From sequence record NC_028248.1: a stretch of 64,000 bases of DNA. One strand, 5' to 3'. The notes below the pieces were generated by a model, which did not search any database, was not told where the DNA came from, and saw nothing but the letters and a program-made list of their open reading frames with translations. The DNA is from Escherichia phage slur16. The translations under genes and the position numbers were made by a program. Of the stretch, positions 1 through 8,683 are shown one piece after another. Position 1 is the first letter of the stretch, and every line of letters begins with the position of its first letter.

Positions 1-789
1 GGGAAACTTACCCTTCATTTCACCAGTGTATACCTTCTCTGGGGCGTTGATGGCATCATAGAACCTTCTGTTCACTTCCTCTGCTTGTTTGTTGGTGGCG
101 CAAATTGTGAGAGCATCTGTTGGTACACCACCTTTGTAACAGCGAGCATTAAGTTCTGCTACAACCTCTTTTATGCGACGACCCTCACGAACACAGTTGA
201 GCATTGTGGCAAATCGAATAGACTCCTGTCGGAACTGATCTATTAGGGCTATGTTGTGGAGGTCAAGCTCTTTCCAAGATTCGGTATAGCAACACAGGTC
301 CGTATGGTAGAAGTTGAAATAGGCCTCCTTCTCCATAAAAGAGACAACAGGAGGAGCCTGGTAAAAATCGCCAAACAATATGACCTGTATGCCTCCGAAA
401 GGTTTGTCATTTTTTCGAAGGAAGCGGAGTTTCCTATCCATCTCTATAAACTTATCAGCACGGATCATAGAGATTTCATCGATAATTAGGATGGTAAATG
501 CCTTGCTTTTCAAAGGCTTTGCTGTTTTTGCCCTTATTGCGGTCCAGTCTGACTCCATGCTCACACCTGCTGCAAGATCGAAGGTTCGGTGTGCTGTTGC
601 TCCATTAACGTTTAAAGCGGCTACCCCTGTCGGGGCAACCGTTATGCAAGAGTCTCCATACATTGACTGGATCATGTTGATGAGGTACGTCTTCCCACAA
701 CCTGCGGGTCCTGAAACGAAGACATTCTCACCACTCATGATTGCAACGAGGGCAGCATCTGTGCCTACATCATACTGCCCTTTTTCCAT
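1..789 (-). CDS. SF1B helicase, Pif1/Dda/RecD-like (3' end beyond window start)
   Basis: Manual translation of minus strand from ATG at 789..787 gives Walker A GPAGCGKTY, Walker B IIDEISM and ILFGDFYQAPPV, typical of Pif1/Dda helicases. GGAGG RBS upstream; TAATG stop/start overlap with the upstream gene. No stop within window. Confidence 0.75.
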   Translation of the reverse strand, partial: MEKGQYDVGTDAALVAIMSGENVFVSGPAGCGKTYLINMIQSMYGDSCITVAPTGVAALNVNGATAHRTFDLAAGVSMESDWTAIRAKTAKPLKSKAFTILIIDEISMIRADKFIEMDRKLRFLRKNDKPFGGIQVILFGDFYQAPPVVSFMEKEAYFNFYHTDLCCYTESWKELDLHNIALIDQFRQESIRFATMLNCVREGRRIKEVVAELNARCYKGGVPTDALTICATNKQAEEVNRRFYDAINAPEKVYTGEMKGKFP

Positions 790-1994
790 TACGCCTCCTC
801 GTAAAGAATGTCGATAGTGTTACCGTCACGATCAACTACATATTCAATAGGGTCTCCATCTTTGCGTGCTTCCGGAGCTACCACAATCTCATAGCGGCAT
901 GCACGGCACTTAGCGCTATTGTGTTGGTATGGCACACTAACCACATCTGCAGGGTCAACCATAACAGTCATTACAGTGCCGTAGCTCTTTGCATACTCTT
1001 TGCTGGCGCAGTGTAAGCCATAGGAGCACGCAGCTTCAGGATCATCCTCTACAAAGTTACGAGGCATGGATACAAAAGCACCTTGGTATTGTGGGACTTT
1101 ACCACTGTGCCAATCCACCCACTTGCTGCCGTTAAACTGAACCCCTTTGTAGCAAATGATTCGACCATCTTCTGCAATCTGGATATCGTTGGCCTGCATA
1201 AAGTCGTAGAGCATGTTTACAGATTTTGCAGAAGGATTGCGTAGCAGGCGAACGAGGAATTTCACATAGCGGTCATCCAGTGTTCCGTCTGCATAATCTT
1301 TCTCAATTTTCTTTGCAATGGTGGATCGCATCTCTACACCGTAGTAGTAGAGCTTACCATCTTTCATGATCAGGTTGTCTGCAAGTGTGGTGAACTCATT
1401 CTTGCGTTCCAGCCAGACAAGGATTTCACCAATTGCCTCATCATATTCCTGAACAGAGATATGGTCGAAGACTTTCTGGTAAACTTCCTCACTTTCGCTG
1501 CGGCGAATTTCAAAAATGCCTTCGTTGCAGGTGATCTGGAGGAGTTCCCCGCAAATAACTACCAAAGGTTCGATGCTTCGAGTCTGTTGCTGAGACACAC
1601 TACTCACCACTTCCAGCACCGGATCTTTGACTTCTACTAAAGGTTCTTCTGACTTGATTGCTACTCCAGTGAACCCCACACCGTGAACAACACACAGTGG
1701 GTATACCACGCCCCAACGTTTAACGGAACCTTCGCCTAAATCTAAGATCATGGCGTACTTACCGTTATCTTCCAGACCGTATCGAAATAAACGGGCTTCT
1801 TCGCGGGTTTCAAAATCCTCACGGGTGTAGCAGACGCTGTCACGGTCAGGATCGAACAACTCTGGGGCACCCACTGCCAGTGTCCAGGTTGTGTCGCCTT
1901 TCTCAATAGTACATGTGAAACCCTTCTTCTCAAGTTCTGCACGGCGGTCGCGTGCTTCTTTACGAGTTTTGAAGTGTTCGTAGATGAAAATCAT
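789..1994 (-). CDS. hypothetical protein (~401 aa)
   Basis: ORF 789..2030; start moved to ATG at 1994 (MIFIYEHF) which has an AAGGAGA RBS and removes overlap with the upstream gene. No motif recognised. Confidence 0.55.
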   Translation of the reverse strand: MIFIYEHFKTRKEARDRRAELEKKGFTCTIEKGDTTWTLAVGAPELFDPDRDSVCYTREDFETREEARLFRYGLEDNGKYAMILDLGEGSVKRWGVVYPLCVVHGVGFTGVAIKSEEPLVEVKDPVLEVVSSVSQQQTRSIEPLVVICGELLQITCNEGIFEIRRSESEEVYQKVFDHISVQEYDEAIGEILVWLERKNEFTTLADNLIMKDGKLYYYGVEMRSTIAKKIEKDYADGTLDDRYVKFLVRLLRNPSAKSVNMLYDFMQANDIQIAEDGRIICYKGVQFNGSKWVDWHSGKVPQYQGAFVSMPRNFVEDDPEAACSYGLHCASKEYAKSYGTVMTVMVDPADVVSVPYQHNSAKCRACRYEIVVAPEARKDGDPIEYVVDRDGNTIDILYEEA

Positions 1995-2004
1995 AACTGT
2001 CTCC

Positions 2005-3987
2005 TTATTTGGTGTTATTCTTTGTATCAATCAGCTCACGGTATTCAATCATAGCAGGGGTGTCCCAATATTTCAAGCCTACATGCTTCAAAAGTGGATA
2101 TTTCTTTTCCAATCTTGCAATATAGGCCTTCCCGCATTTGACTCGGTTGGCGATTAAGATTTTGGCACGATGATTTAGCTCACTATGCTTCCACGCGGTG
2201 TTACCTTCCCACTTGTGGAAATGTGGCCGATAATTTCCAAAATCTTGCATGGGGATAATTTTCCCCAATTGTCTATACAGGCTGTCATATGAAGTTTCAT
2301 TTGCTGCGCGAGTCAGTAAGAATTTCCAAGCATCCTCTTTCAACAAATGTTCCACACTCTTCTCTGTAACATACTGGCAATCAGGATCAGTCCAAAGCAG
2401 ACGAGATTCTGATACCAGGTACAGATCTTCCCCTTCAGGAATCTGAAGTGCCGCACGCACACGGTCATAATTTTGCTGGTAGATGTTACTCAGCTGTCCC
2501 AGCCAACAACTTCCACGTTGGATATCACCCTCATAAGGGATGCAGTGTTTAATCTTCCGGAACTCTGCCTTAGTAATACGCTCACGGCGAAAGTAACCAT
2601 CCTTCTCAAGTTTTTTAACCCAATAACCTGGCTCATAACGAGTTTTTGTTTCACCTTTCTTGACAGGTCGGCGAGGGAGCTCTGATAACAATTTGACCGT
2701 ATCTGCAAAGAACGGGTGGTGTGCCGCTTCTTTAAACTCTTCCACCAGATCCGTGTTACGGCAATAGAAAACGTTGCGTCCGGTGATCTCGCTTAAGTAG
2801 TTACACTTATTTCGGTTATATTTGCCGTCTCCGTCGTTAAATACTAAATAGACTCCCCGCAAAAACTCTGACTTTCCATAACGAGCATAGCCTATGCGGC
2901 CTTTATTTAAGCCGCCAGCGAAAATTTCACAATCGCCTAAGTCTCCAAGTCCTGTTTCTTCCCAACGGTTCCACATAAAGTTTTTGCCGAAGATGTGTCC
3001 GAACACCCCACTATTCTTCATCATTTCACGTGCTTCTGCGGAGGTTTTTGCCGTCTCCAGTTCTGCAACAACTTCTGCCCCGCGAAGACGTATACCTTCT
3101 TTGACAAAGGCCTCCAGGCGATCCTGGAATCCACCGTCGTCATGGCCCTCTATGGTCCATTCACGCCCAGGGTTAATATTGCAATCCCCAATAGGAATTT
3201 CCACGCAGATTGCAGGGTAATCGGTCAATGTCTCCAGGAACTTAGAGCGGTAAGGTTGGTGACCCATCACAACACGGCTCTCATCAGAGCTGGTATAACC
3301 TTTCAGGATAGTCATTTTCCAACCATCTTTCTCGTAGCGATACTGCGCCTCAACCTTGTCACCTTCCAGCATCTTACTGGTCATAGGGTCGGTAACGGTA
3401 AACGGAAACTTTGCATAGCGTAGGCATGACGCAATAGCAGTGCGATATTTCAGAACATGCTCTTTCTTAACATGGAACTGAACTTTTACCCCGTTGTGCT
3501 CTTCAGTCTTCCGCTCGCGGATCTTGGTAACGTTTGGGATACCCTGATCCAAGAACAATAGATATGTGCTTTCAACACCGTTGTGCACACTGATCACATC
3601 GAAAGTGTCCACCATGCTGAACGGGGCCTTTGAACCTACACCTTTATTACCTACCAGAGCGTTGCTGTTGCGCTTGGTTGACTCCCCGAGGTTCATGAAA
3701 GTGTTGCGGACCATCTCTTCTGACATACCCAATCCAACGTCCTGCACAAAGAAGTATGGTTCAAGGTCTGTAGGGGAGTGAATGATGATCGGTACATCAC
3801 CCCGTCCAGACTCAACATGGGAGTCCACAGCATTGAAGATTGGTTCACGGCAGCTTGCCAGCACCTTATCTTCGTAAATCCCTTTAATGATTAGCCCAAA
3901 AGTCTCTTTGTTCAGAGAAATTGAGCCCCTGGTGACCTCCATATTTCCGGTTAGTACTGCTTTAGTTTCATTACTGTTTACAATCAT
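2005..3987 (-). CDS. GHKL (Bergerat-fold) ATPase-domain protein with large uncharacterised C-terminal region
   Basis: N-terminal motifs EPIFNAVDS (N box), DVGLGMS (G1, Hsp90/MutL-like DxGxG) and GNKGVGSKA (G2). No Toprim EGDSA motif, so not a GyrB-type topoisomerase subunit. C-terminal ~450 aa unassigned. Confidence 0.6.
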   Translation of the reverse strand: MIVNSNETKAVLTGNMEVTRGSISLNKETFGLIIKGIYEDKVLASCREPIFNAVDSHVESGRGDVPIIIHSPTDLEPYFFVQDVGLGMSEEMVRNTFMNLGESTKRNSNALVGNKGVGSKAPFSMVDTFDVISVHNGVESTYLLFLDQGIPNVTKIRERKTEEHNGVKVQFHVKKEHVLKYRTAIASCLRYAKFPFTVTDPMTSKMLEGDKVEAQYRYEKDGWKMTILKGYTSSDESRVVMGHQPYRSKFLETLTDYPAICVEIPIGDCNINPGREWTIEGHDDGGFQDRLEAFVKEGIRLRGAEVVAELETAKTSAEAREMMKNSGVFGHIFGKNFMWNRWEETGLGDLGDCEIFAGGLNKGRIGYARYGKSEFLRGVYLVFNDGDGKYNRNKCNYLSEITGRNVFYCRNTDLVEEFKEAAHHPFFADTVKLLSELPRRPVKKGETKTRYEPGYWVKKLEKDGYFRRERITKAEFRKIKHCIPYEGDIQRGSCWLGQLSNIYQQNYDRVRAALQIPEGEDLYLVSESRLLWTDPDCQYVTEKSVEHLLKEDAWKFLLTRAANETSYDSLYRQLGKIIPMQDFGNYRPHFHKWEGNTAWKHSELNHRAKILIANRVKCGKAYIARLEKKYPLLKHVGLKYWDTPAMIEYRELIDTKNNTK

Positions 3988-4484
3988 TTATTGCGCTCCT
4001 TGTAGTAGATATGACTCCCGAATTGAGCTGTCCTCTGCATCTTTTTTGCCCATTTCGGTCGTACTTTGGTTGTATGGTAGTGTGTTGCTCCACCTGTTAT
4101 GTCCATAGCCATGTATGCAACATGGTTGTTATTATAGACCTTTAGAAGCATCTTTGCAAGACTTTTAGCGTGATCCCATGAATCTTTTTCTGTCACCTTA
4201 AAAGTTTTGCCGTGGTTTGTCCACGAAAACTGGTTAGGTTGGTAGACAATCTTTCTTATAGTGTCTGGGTATTTGGGGTGAGATTTCCTGTTTAGTGTGG
4301 CAAATCCTGATGCCAGCATACCCATCGTGCCATCCCCTCTAGCCTCCCTGTAGATATTGCATGCCAGAATGTTTTCCTTAGTATCTGAGGGCTTGCAAGT
4401 ATGATATACTTTTTGTTTTGGTGCTGCAACAACAGGCAGCGATAAAAATGCGCTCAAAATAATAGCAAAGATCTTAATTTTCAC
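3984..4484 (-). CDS. secreted cell-wall hydrolase, SleB/CwlJ-like (Hydrolase_2 family)
   Basis: N-terminal signal peptide MKIKIFAIILSAFLSLPVVAAP followed by YREARGDG...LNR...YQPNQFSW, matching the EARGE / NR / QFS hallmarks of SleB-type hydrolases. Confidence 0.55.
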   Translation of the reverse strand: MKIKIFAIILSAFLSLPVVAAPKQKVYHTCKPSDTKENILACNIYREARGDGTMGMLASGFATLNRKSHPKYPDTIRKIVYQPNQFSWTNHGKTFKVTEKDSWDHAKSLAKMLLKVYNNNHVAYMAMDITGGATHYHTTKVRPKWAKKMQRTAQFGSHIYYKERNK

Positions 4485-4491
4485 AATAACT

Positions 4492-4520
4492 CCAAATAGA
4501 AAATCCCCGCCGAAGCGGGG
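4492..4520 (-). terminator. rho-independent terminator candidate
   Basis: Plus-strand CCCCGC-cgaa-GCGGGG hairpin (4505-4520); on the minus-strand transcript it is followed by a U-rich run (revcomp of 4492-4504). Lies between gene ends 4534 and 4484. Confidence 0.5.
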
Positions 4521-4533
4521 GAGGTCTTAGAAA

Positions 4534-4914
4534 TCAATCGTAGTGTGCCAAAATCTCTCCATCGTTGCAAGTTCCCTCTACAAAGTTATGAAGATTCATG
4601 CACTCATCTTGATAGAAGAATTTACCGCTTTTCAGCCGTAAGCCAAACAACTCCGCATCTCCACGATGGCAAGCCTCTACAAGTTCATAGATTTCATACG
4701 GCAACTCTCCGTCGTCATGGAAGAACCCAGCCTTATCGTTGACATAGATGAAGAAATAATCACTGCTATCGCAAGCGTCCAATATTTCAAACCAGATTTC
4801 ATCTACATCTTTTTCTCGGATATCGATCACGCAAGTGGAGCTGCATTCGTACTCCTTCTCCGGCTCTTCGGTCAATACTACCAGGTAGTTTCCCCGCTTA
4901 CCTACTTTAGCCAT
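4534..4914 (-). CDS. hypothetical acidic protein
   Basis: 126-aa ORF, compact spacing with neighbours, no motif recognised. Confidence 0.45.
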   Translation of the reverse strand: MAKVGKRGNYLVVLTEEPEKEYECSSTCVIDIREKDVDEIWFEILDACDSSDYFFIYVNDKAGFFHDDGELPYEIYELVEACHRGDAELFGLRLKSGKFFYQDECMNLHNFVEGTCNDGEILAHYD

Positions 4915-4923
4915 ACAACCTCC

Positions 4924-6108
4924 TCAAGCTTTAGCCAAAATGGCGCTAAACTCTTCACCAAACTCTTTTACAATCTTCATCAGGTTTGGGTATGCTTTAA
5001 TCAGCTGAGCAACAATCTTGTCACGCCCTTTACCGATAAGCAAGGCATTTCCTAAGGCATTAGGTTTCATCATCGCCATAAAGACTGAGAATACAAAATC
5101 TCGGTTCTCGTCCTTGAAATTTTCCCAAAGGAAATCGAGGAAGTTTGCCACACAGCTAACAAGATCTTCGTCGGAGATACTTGCATTTTCCATCATATTA
5201 CGAATAGCGATACAACCTTCAGACCCAAGAATCCACAAGATGTCTGGCTGTTTAGGACCTATGTATTCTTTGCAACCCCCTGCCATAATCCGACCGATTT
5301 CCGGTAAGTTGCGTTTCTTGGTGTGGTAGGTCCAGATCTCTACCGCTGCAGTGTGACCAATAGCACCTTGCAGAAGAACACGGGCCATAGCGTCAGAAAT
5401 AATACCGCTGTCAAAATCGTGCAAGATGTCAGATGCAGCAACCCAAGATCGCGGTGTGGCAAAAGATGGACAATTAATCTCAGCCATAGCCTCATAATTA
5501 TCGATAGCTGATGGAACTCTTTTCAGATACCCAATTACAGAGGAGTGCACCCCATTGAGGAATGCGTAGTCCTCAATAAACACCTCTGCATTGCTTGTAA
5601 CCTCTACAATGATAAAGCGGTTAGCCAGAGGAGCTTCGAGCGCCGAAAGAACAGCACCATCTGTAGAACGGTTACCCGCAGCCACAAAAACAGAGCCTTT
5701 AGGGAATGCATAGGTGCCGCACTTGTGGTCGAGCATAATCTGCATTGCAACCTTTTGCAGATAGTTATCTGCATGAGTAAGCTCATCCAGAAAGATAATT
5801 CCACCCCAGTTCGGATCTGCAGGCCAAAATTCTGGAATTGCAAACACTGTACGTGTAGTTCCATCAGCTTCTACAGGGATAGGTAGCCCAGATAAGTCGG
5901 CAGGATCTTTATCTGACAGCCGCACGTCAACCAGGTTGTCATCTCGCTCACCGAACATATTATCGGCGATCTGCTTCATCACCTGGCTCTTTCCCACGCC
6001 CATTGGTCCTAAAATCAGGACAGATCGGTTATGACGCTGGGCAAACTGAATGATAGCTGGCAACTCACGGACAGTGATTTGACCACTTTCAAATACGTTT
6101 CTTGACAT
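4924..6108 (-). CDS. AAA+ ATPase, MoxR/CobS-like
   Basis: Walker A LILGPMGVGKSQ, Walker B IIFLDELTHA, downstream sensor region VFVAAGNRS; size (~394 aa) typical of MoxR/CobS (AAA_5) proteins. Confidence 0.7.
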   Translation of the reverse strand: MSRNVFESGQITVRELPAIIQFAQRHNRSVLILGPMGVGKSQVMKQIADNMFGERDDNLVDVRLSDKDPADLSGLPIPVEADGTTRTVFAIPEFWPADPNWGGIIFLDELTHADNYLQKVAMQIMLDHKCGTYAFPKGSVFVAAGNRSTDGAVLSALEAPLANRFIIVEVTSNAEVFIEDYAFLNGVHSSVIGYLKRVPSAIDNYEAMAEINCPSFATPRSWVAASDILHDFDSGIISDAMARVLLQGAIGHTAAVEIWTYHTKKRNLPEIGRIMAGGCKEYIGPKQPDILWILGSEGCIAIRNMMENASISDEDLVSCVANFLDFLWENFKDENRDFVFSVFMAMMKPNALGNALLIGKGRDKIVAQLIKAYPNLMKIVKEFGEEFSAILAKA

Positions 6109-6416
6109 TAGTAAAAGTCCTCTACTTGTGTGTAAGTGTTTTCAAAGTTTTCCAAAACAGATGCCACATCGGATCTGTCAATATCGTACACAACTTCCCA
6201 GTTGTATGCAACCCTTTCTGCTGTTGCTTCTTCAGGACTTAGCCGTCTACTGGGGTGAAAGAATGTTGGGGTACACCTTCTTAGTTGTCTTCCGGTTTTC
6301 CCATAACAATATCTGTGGATAACTTTGTCAAAATTTAACTCTTTTTCTGCACAAAGTTCGTGTTTCTGGTATAACATGTTTATTACTCTTCTAAGCGGCA
6401 TCCCTGCCACCACCAC
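6108..6416 (-). CDS. hypothetical protein
   Basis: 102-aa ORF, start/stop abutting neighbours in an operon-like array. Confidence 0.4.
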   Translation of the reverse strand: MVVAGMPLRRVINMLYQKHELCAEKELNFDKVIHRYCYGKTGRQLRRCTPTFFHPSRRLSPEEATAERVAYNWEVVYDIDRSDVASVLENFENTYTQVEDFY

Positions 6417-6419
6417 CTG

Positions 6420-6800
6420 CTAGAATGCAGTTCGAATCCAGACAAGGTTCTTATCTGCCCAATCATAGAGGCAAGTCATTGCGCTATTGAATTGCTCACA
6501 CGGAGGATAATCTTCTTCCATCTGGCGCATAGCAGAGCCTTGTGGGTAAAGCTCCCGTGCTGCAAGCCACGCATCGTAGTCATCCACGGTATCGAAGTAG
6601 TATACAACATCCTCCAACTCAGGATCGAACTTTGAATTATCAGGATCCAGTTGTTCAGGGAACTTGGAGCGTAACTTGCCAGCCACAATGCTTGCCAACT
6701 CGCTAACATGCTTATTGTCCCACTCTACTAGTTTCCCGTCTTCAGCGATGCGTCCTAACCACTGATCATGAAGGTCAACTGTTGTCTTCCACCGGGCCAT
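6420..6800 (-). CDS. hypothetical protein
   Basis: 126-aa ORF in a co-directional tightly packed array. Confidence 0.45.
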   Translation of the reverse strand: MARWKTTVDLHDQWLGRIAEDGKLVEWDNKHVSELASIVAGKLRSKFPEQLDPDNSKFDPELEDVVYYFDTVDDYDAWLAARELYPQGSAMRQMEEDYPPCEQFNSAMTCLYDWADKNLVWIRTAF

Positions 6801-6802
6801 TA

Positions 6803-7060
6803 TCAGTCCACCTCTTCTTCTCGTTGCAGTTCAAGATACCCGTAGGTCTGGATATCTTCAAGGGTGTGGAAATCCCCATCTGCCGCTAAGGCACGAACAA
6901 CTTGGCACAAAACTTTATGAGGAACTTCATCCAGACCCAGATTCAGTGCAGGGAACACCTTATCTAAGTCAACAAAATAAACGAACTGTAGCTCACCAGC
7001 TTCAAAAGGTGTATCTTCAATAAACATCTTCTCGGCATTAGTCAAGATCTGCACTTTCAT
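6803..7060 (-). CDS. hypothetical protein
   Basis: 85-aa ORF, abuts neighbours. Confidence 0.4.
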   Translation of the reverse strand: MKVQILTNAEKMFIEDTPFEAGELQFVYFVDLDKVFPALNLGLDEVPHKVLCQVVRALAADGDFHTLEDIQTYGYLELQREEEVD

Positions 7061-7437
7061 TATTCTGCCTCCTCTTCTTTTTCTTCGGCGTTAGTTTCAG
7101 TGCTACCCCACTCTGGAGTTTCCACCTCGATAGTAAACTCACGCACTACACGGTAATTGCCCATGAAGCGCTCCACCTCGTCAAGGCTTATGGCGAGGCC
7201 ATTGGAAACCAGGTCTGCAGCACCCTCTTCTACCAGATAGTCCAGATTGGCTTCCAAAGCTTCAGGCTCGAACCCTGTCAATGCAATCAGATAACCTTTC
7301 CCTTCATCAGGTAGGACAATACAGCCCAACTGATTTTCTTTAAAAAGGCAGTGACCATCATTATTGATGGGGTGTTCATTGCAGTAAATAGCTGCACGAT
7401 AAGTAGCTTTAGACATCGGTAAGGCCTCCTTAGGCAA
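7060..7437 (-). CDS. hypothetical protein with acidic C-terminus
   Basis: 125-aa ORF ending in EEKEEEAE; overlaps neighbours by 1-8 nt. Confidence 0.4.
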   Translation of the reverse strand: MPKEALPMSKATYRAAIYCNEHPINNDGHCLFKENQLGCIVLPDEGKGYLIALTGFEPEALEANLDYLVEEGAADLVSNGLAISLDEVERFMGNYRVVREFTIEVETPEWGSTETNAEEKEEEAE

Positions 7438-7708
7438 TTGTCATTTTACATTCTTGAAATTTTAACACAAGACGGTGATTGTGTCTAGTGTCTAAAAAGA
7501 TTTTTTCAACCATCAGGCACACGGTATAACCGTCCATCTTGTTAACAACAAAATCTCCAGGGTGAGGGAGGATGTCCCCTGGATTGGGGAAACATAACCC
7601 GCTCAAGAAGGCATCATCGGTGGTGGACTTAATGGATTTCCACACATTGTCTGCCTGAACATTTTCACCCACATAGTATACACTACCACATGCCTTCATC
7701 ATAGTCAA
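7430..7708 (-). CDS. hypothetical protein
   Basis: 92-aa ORF, overlapping start/stop with neighbours. Confidence 0.4.
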   Translation of the reverse strand: MTMMKACGSVYYVGENVQADNVWKSIKSTTDDAFLSGLCFPNPGDILPHPGDFVVNKMDGYTVCLMVEKIFLDTRHNHRLVLKFQECKMTIA

Positions 7709-8604
7709 ATCTCCGCGTAAATTAAACTGGAATCAGTATACTTCTTTAACGGGTAAATATCCTGTCCATAGATGCCGTCATTAAACACCTCATCTACCCA
7801 AAGGCTACACTTATATCCCATCATTTCTAAAACGCCCATCTCTTCTTCGGTGAACTTATCACCGCTCTTGCAAGATGTCAATACCTCATTCTGTACTCTT
7901 GCTACCTCGAAGCGGTTATTGGCAATATCACTATTGGCAATCAAATACTCACCTAAAGGGTGTGCAGCATTAAAGATGCACAGTGGACGGTTGACGTAAT
8001 AGTCTCCCGGTGTATAAAAATTGTTGAGATCCTTCACCAGAACATTCTTATCAGTCACTTCATTTATAACATCATGCATATCACACATCTTTATATGTTT
8101 GAGGATTCCATCCCCCATCACAAAATAAAAACTTGCTGAGACACTCTCGGCATAGATCTTACTAGATCCGTTGTAGTTGTATTTTACGCGAATGCTTACA
8201 GGGGTTTTGCCTGTCGCGTTAGCCATCATCCAAAGGAACGGAAGTTCAAACCTCTCCTCTGAGGAAACAAAAGGTGAAGTTGCCAGAGATCGGAAACCTC
8301 CAGAAAAGTTGAAAGTTACAGAGCCGCTCCGGCGGTATGATACCGCGTATTCTACTTTTATATCGACGTACCCATTGGAATAGGTGTGTCCTTCATTATC
8401 TAAATATGTCCACTTATCAGACCCAGATACCAATCTACGCTCAATAACCTTCATCACTACAGGAATTAGTGGGTTGGTACAAACCGCTTTTGAAGTAGCT
8501 TTATCATCTAAAGCCTCGTAAATTGCAGAAAGGATGTCCCCAGCTGAAAGATTGGTTGTTATGTCCTGTTTCCACCGCGTACTAAAACTGTTAAGATTTG
8601 CCAT
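7705..8604 (-). CDS. hypothetical protein, first gene of the leftward block
   Basis: 299-aa ORF; AGGAG RBS upstream of ATG at 8604; promoter candidate immediately upstream. Confidence 0.5.
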   Translation of the reverse strand: MANLNSFSTRWKQDITTNLSAGDILSAIYEALDDKATSKAVCTNPLIPVVMKVIERRLVSGSDKWTYLDNEGHTYSNGYVDIKVEYAVSYRRSGSVTFNFSGGFRSLATSPFVSSEERFELPFLWMMANATGKTPVSIRVKYNYNGSSKIYAESVSASFYFVMGDGILKHIKMCDMHDVINEVTDKNVLVKDLNNFYTPGDYYVNRPLCIFNAAHPLGEYLIANSDIANNRFEVARVQNEVLTSCKSGDKFTEEEMGVLEMMGYKCSLWVDEVFNDGIYGQDIYPLKKYTDSSLIYAEI

Positions 8605-8644
8605 AAGTAAGTGCTCCTATGTTAGTTTTCTTTCGAATGGGTGC

Positions 8645-8673
8645 ACTATATTGTGGAGTTAGAGTAAAGTCAA
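8645..8673 (-). promoter_or_regulatory. sigma70-like promoter for the leftward block
   Basis: On the minus strand: -35 TTGACT (8673..8668), 17-nt spacer, -10 TATAGT (8650..8645); ~40 nt upstream of the ATG at 8604. Confidence 0.5.
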
Positions 8674-8683
8674 CACGTTTTTG

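Noticed and set aside
256-1016. Plus-strand ORFs 256-489, 380-817 and 741-1016
   Set aside because: They overlap the minus-strand helicase, whose translation has clear Walker A/B motifs; antisense artefacts.
5604-6709. Embedded minus-strand ORFs 5604-5864 and 6476-6709
   Set aside because: Alternative-frame ORFs nested inside better-supported genes (the AAA+ ATPase and the 126-aa gene) with implausible hydrophobic/Leu-rich translations.
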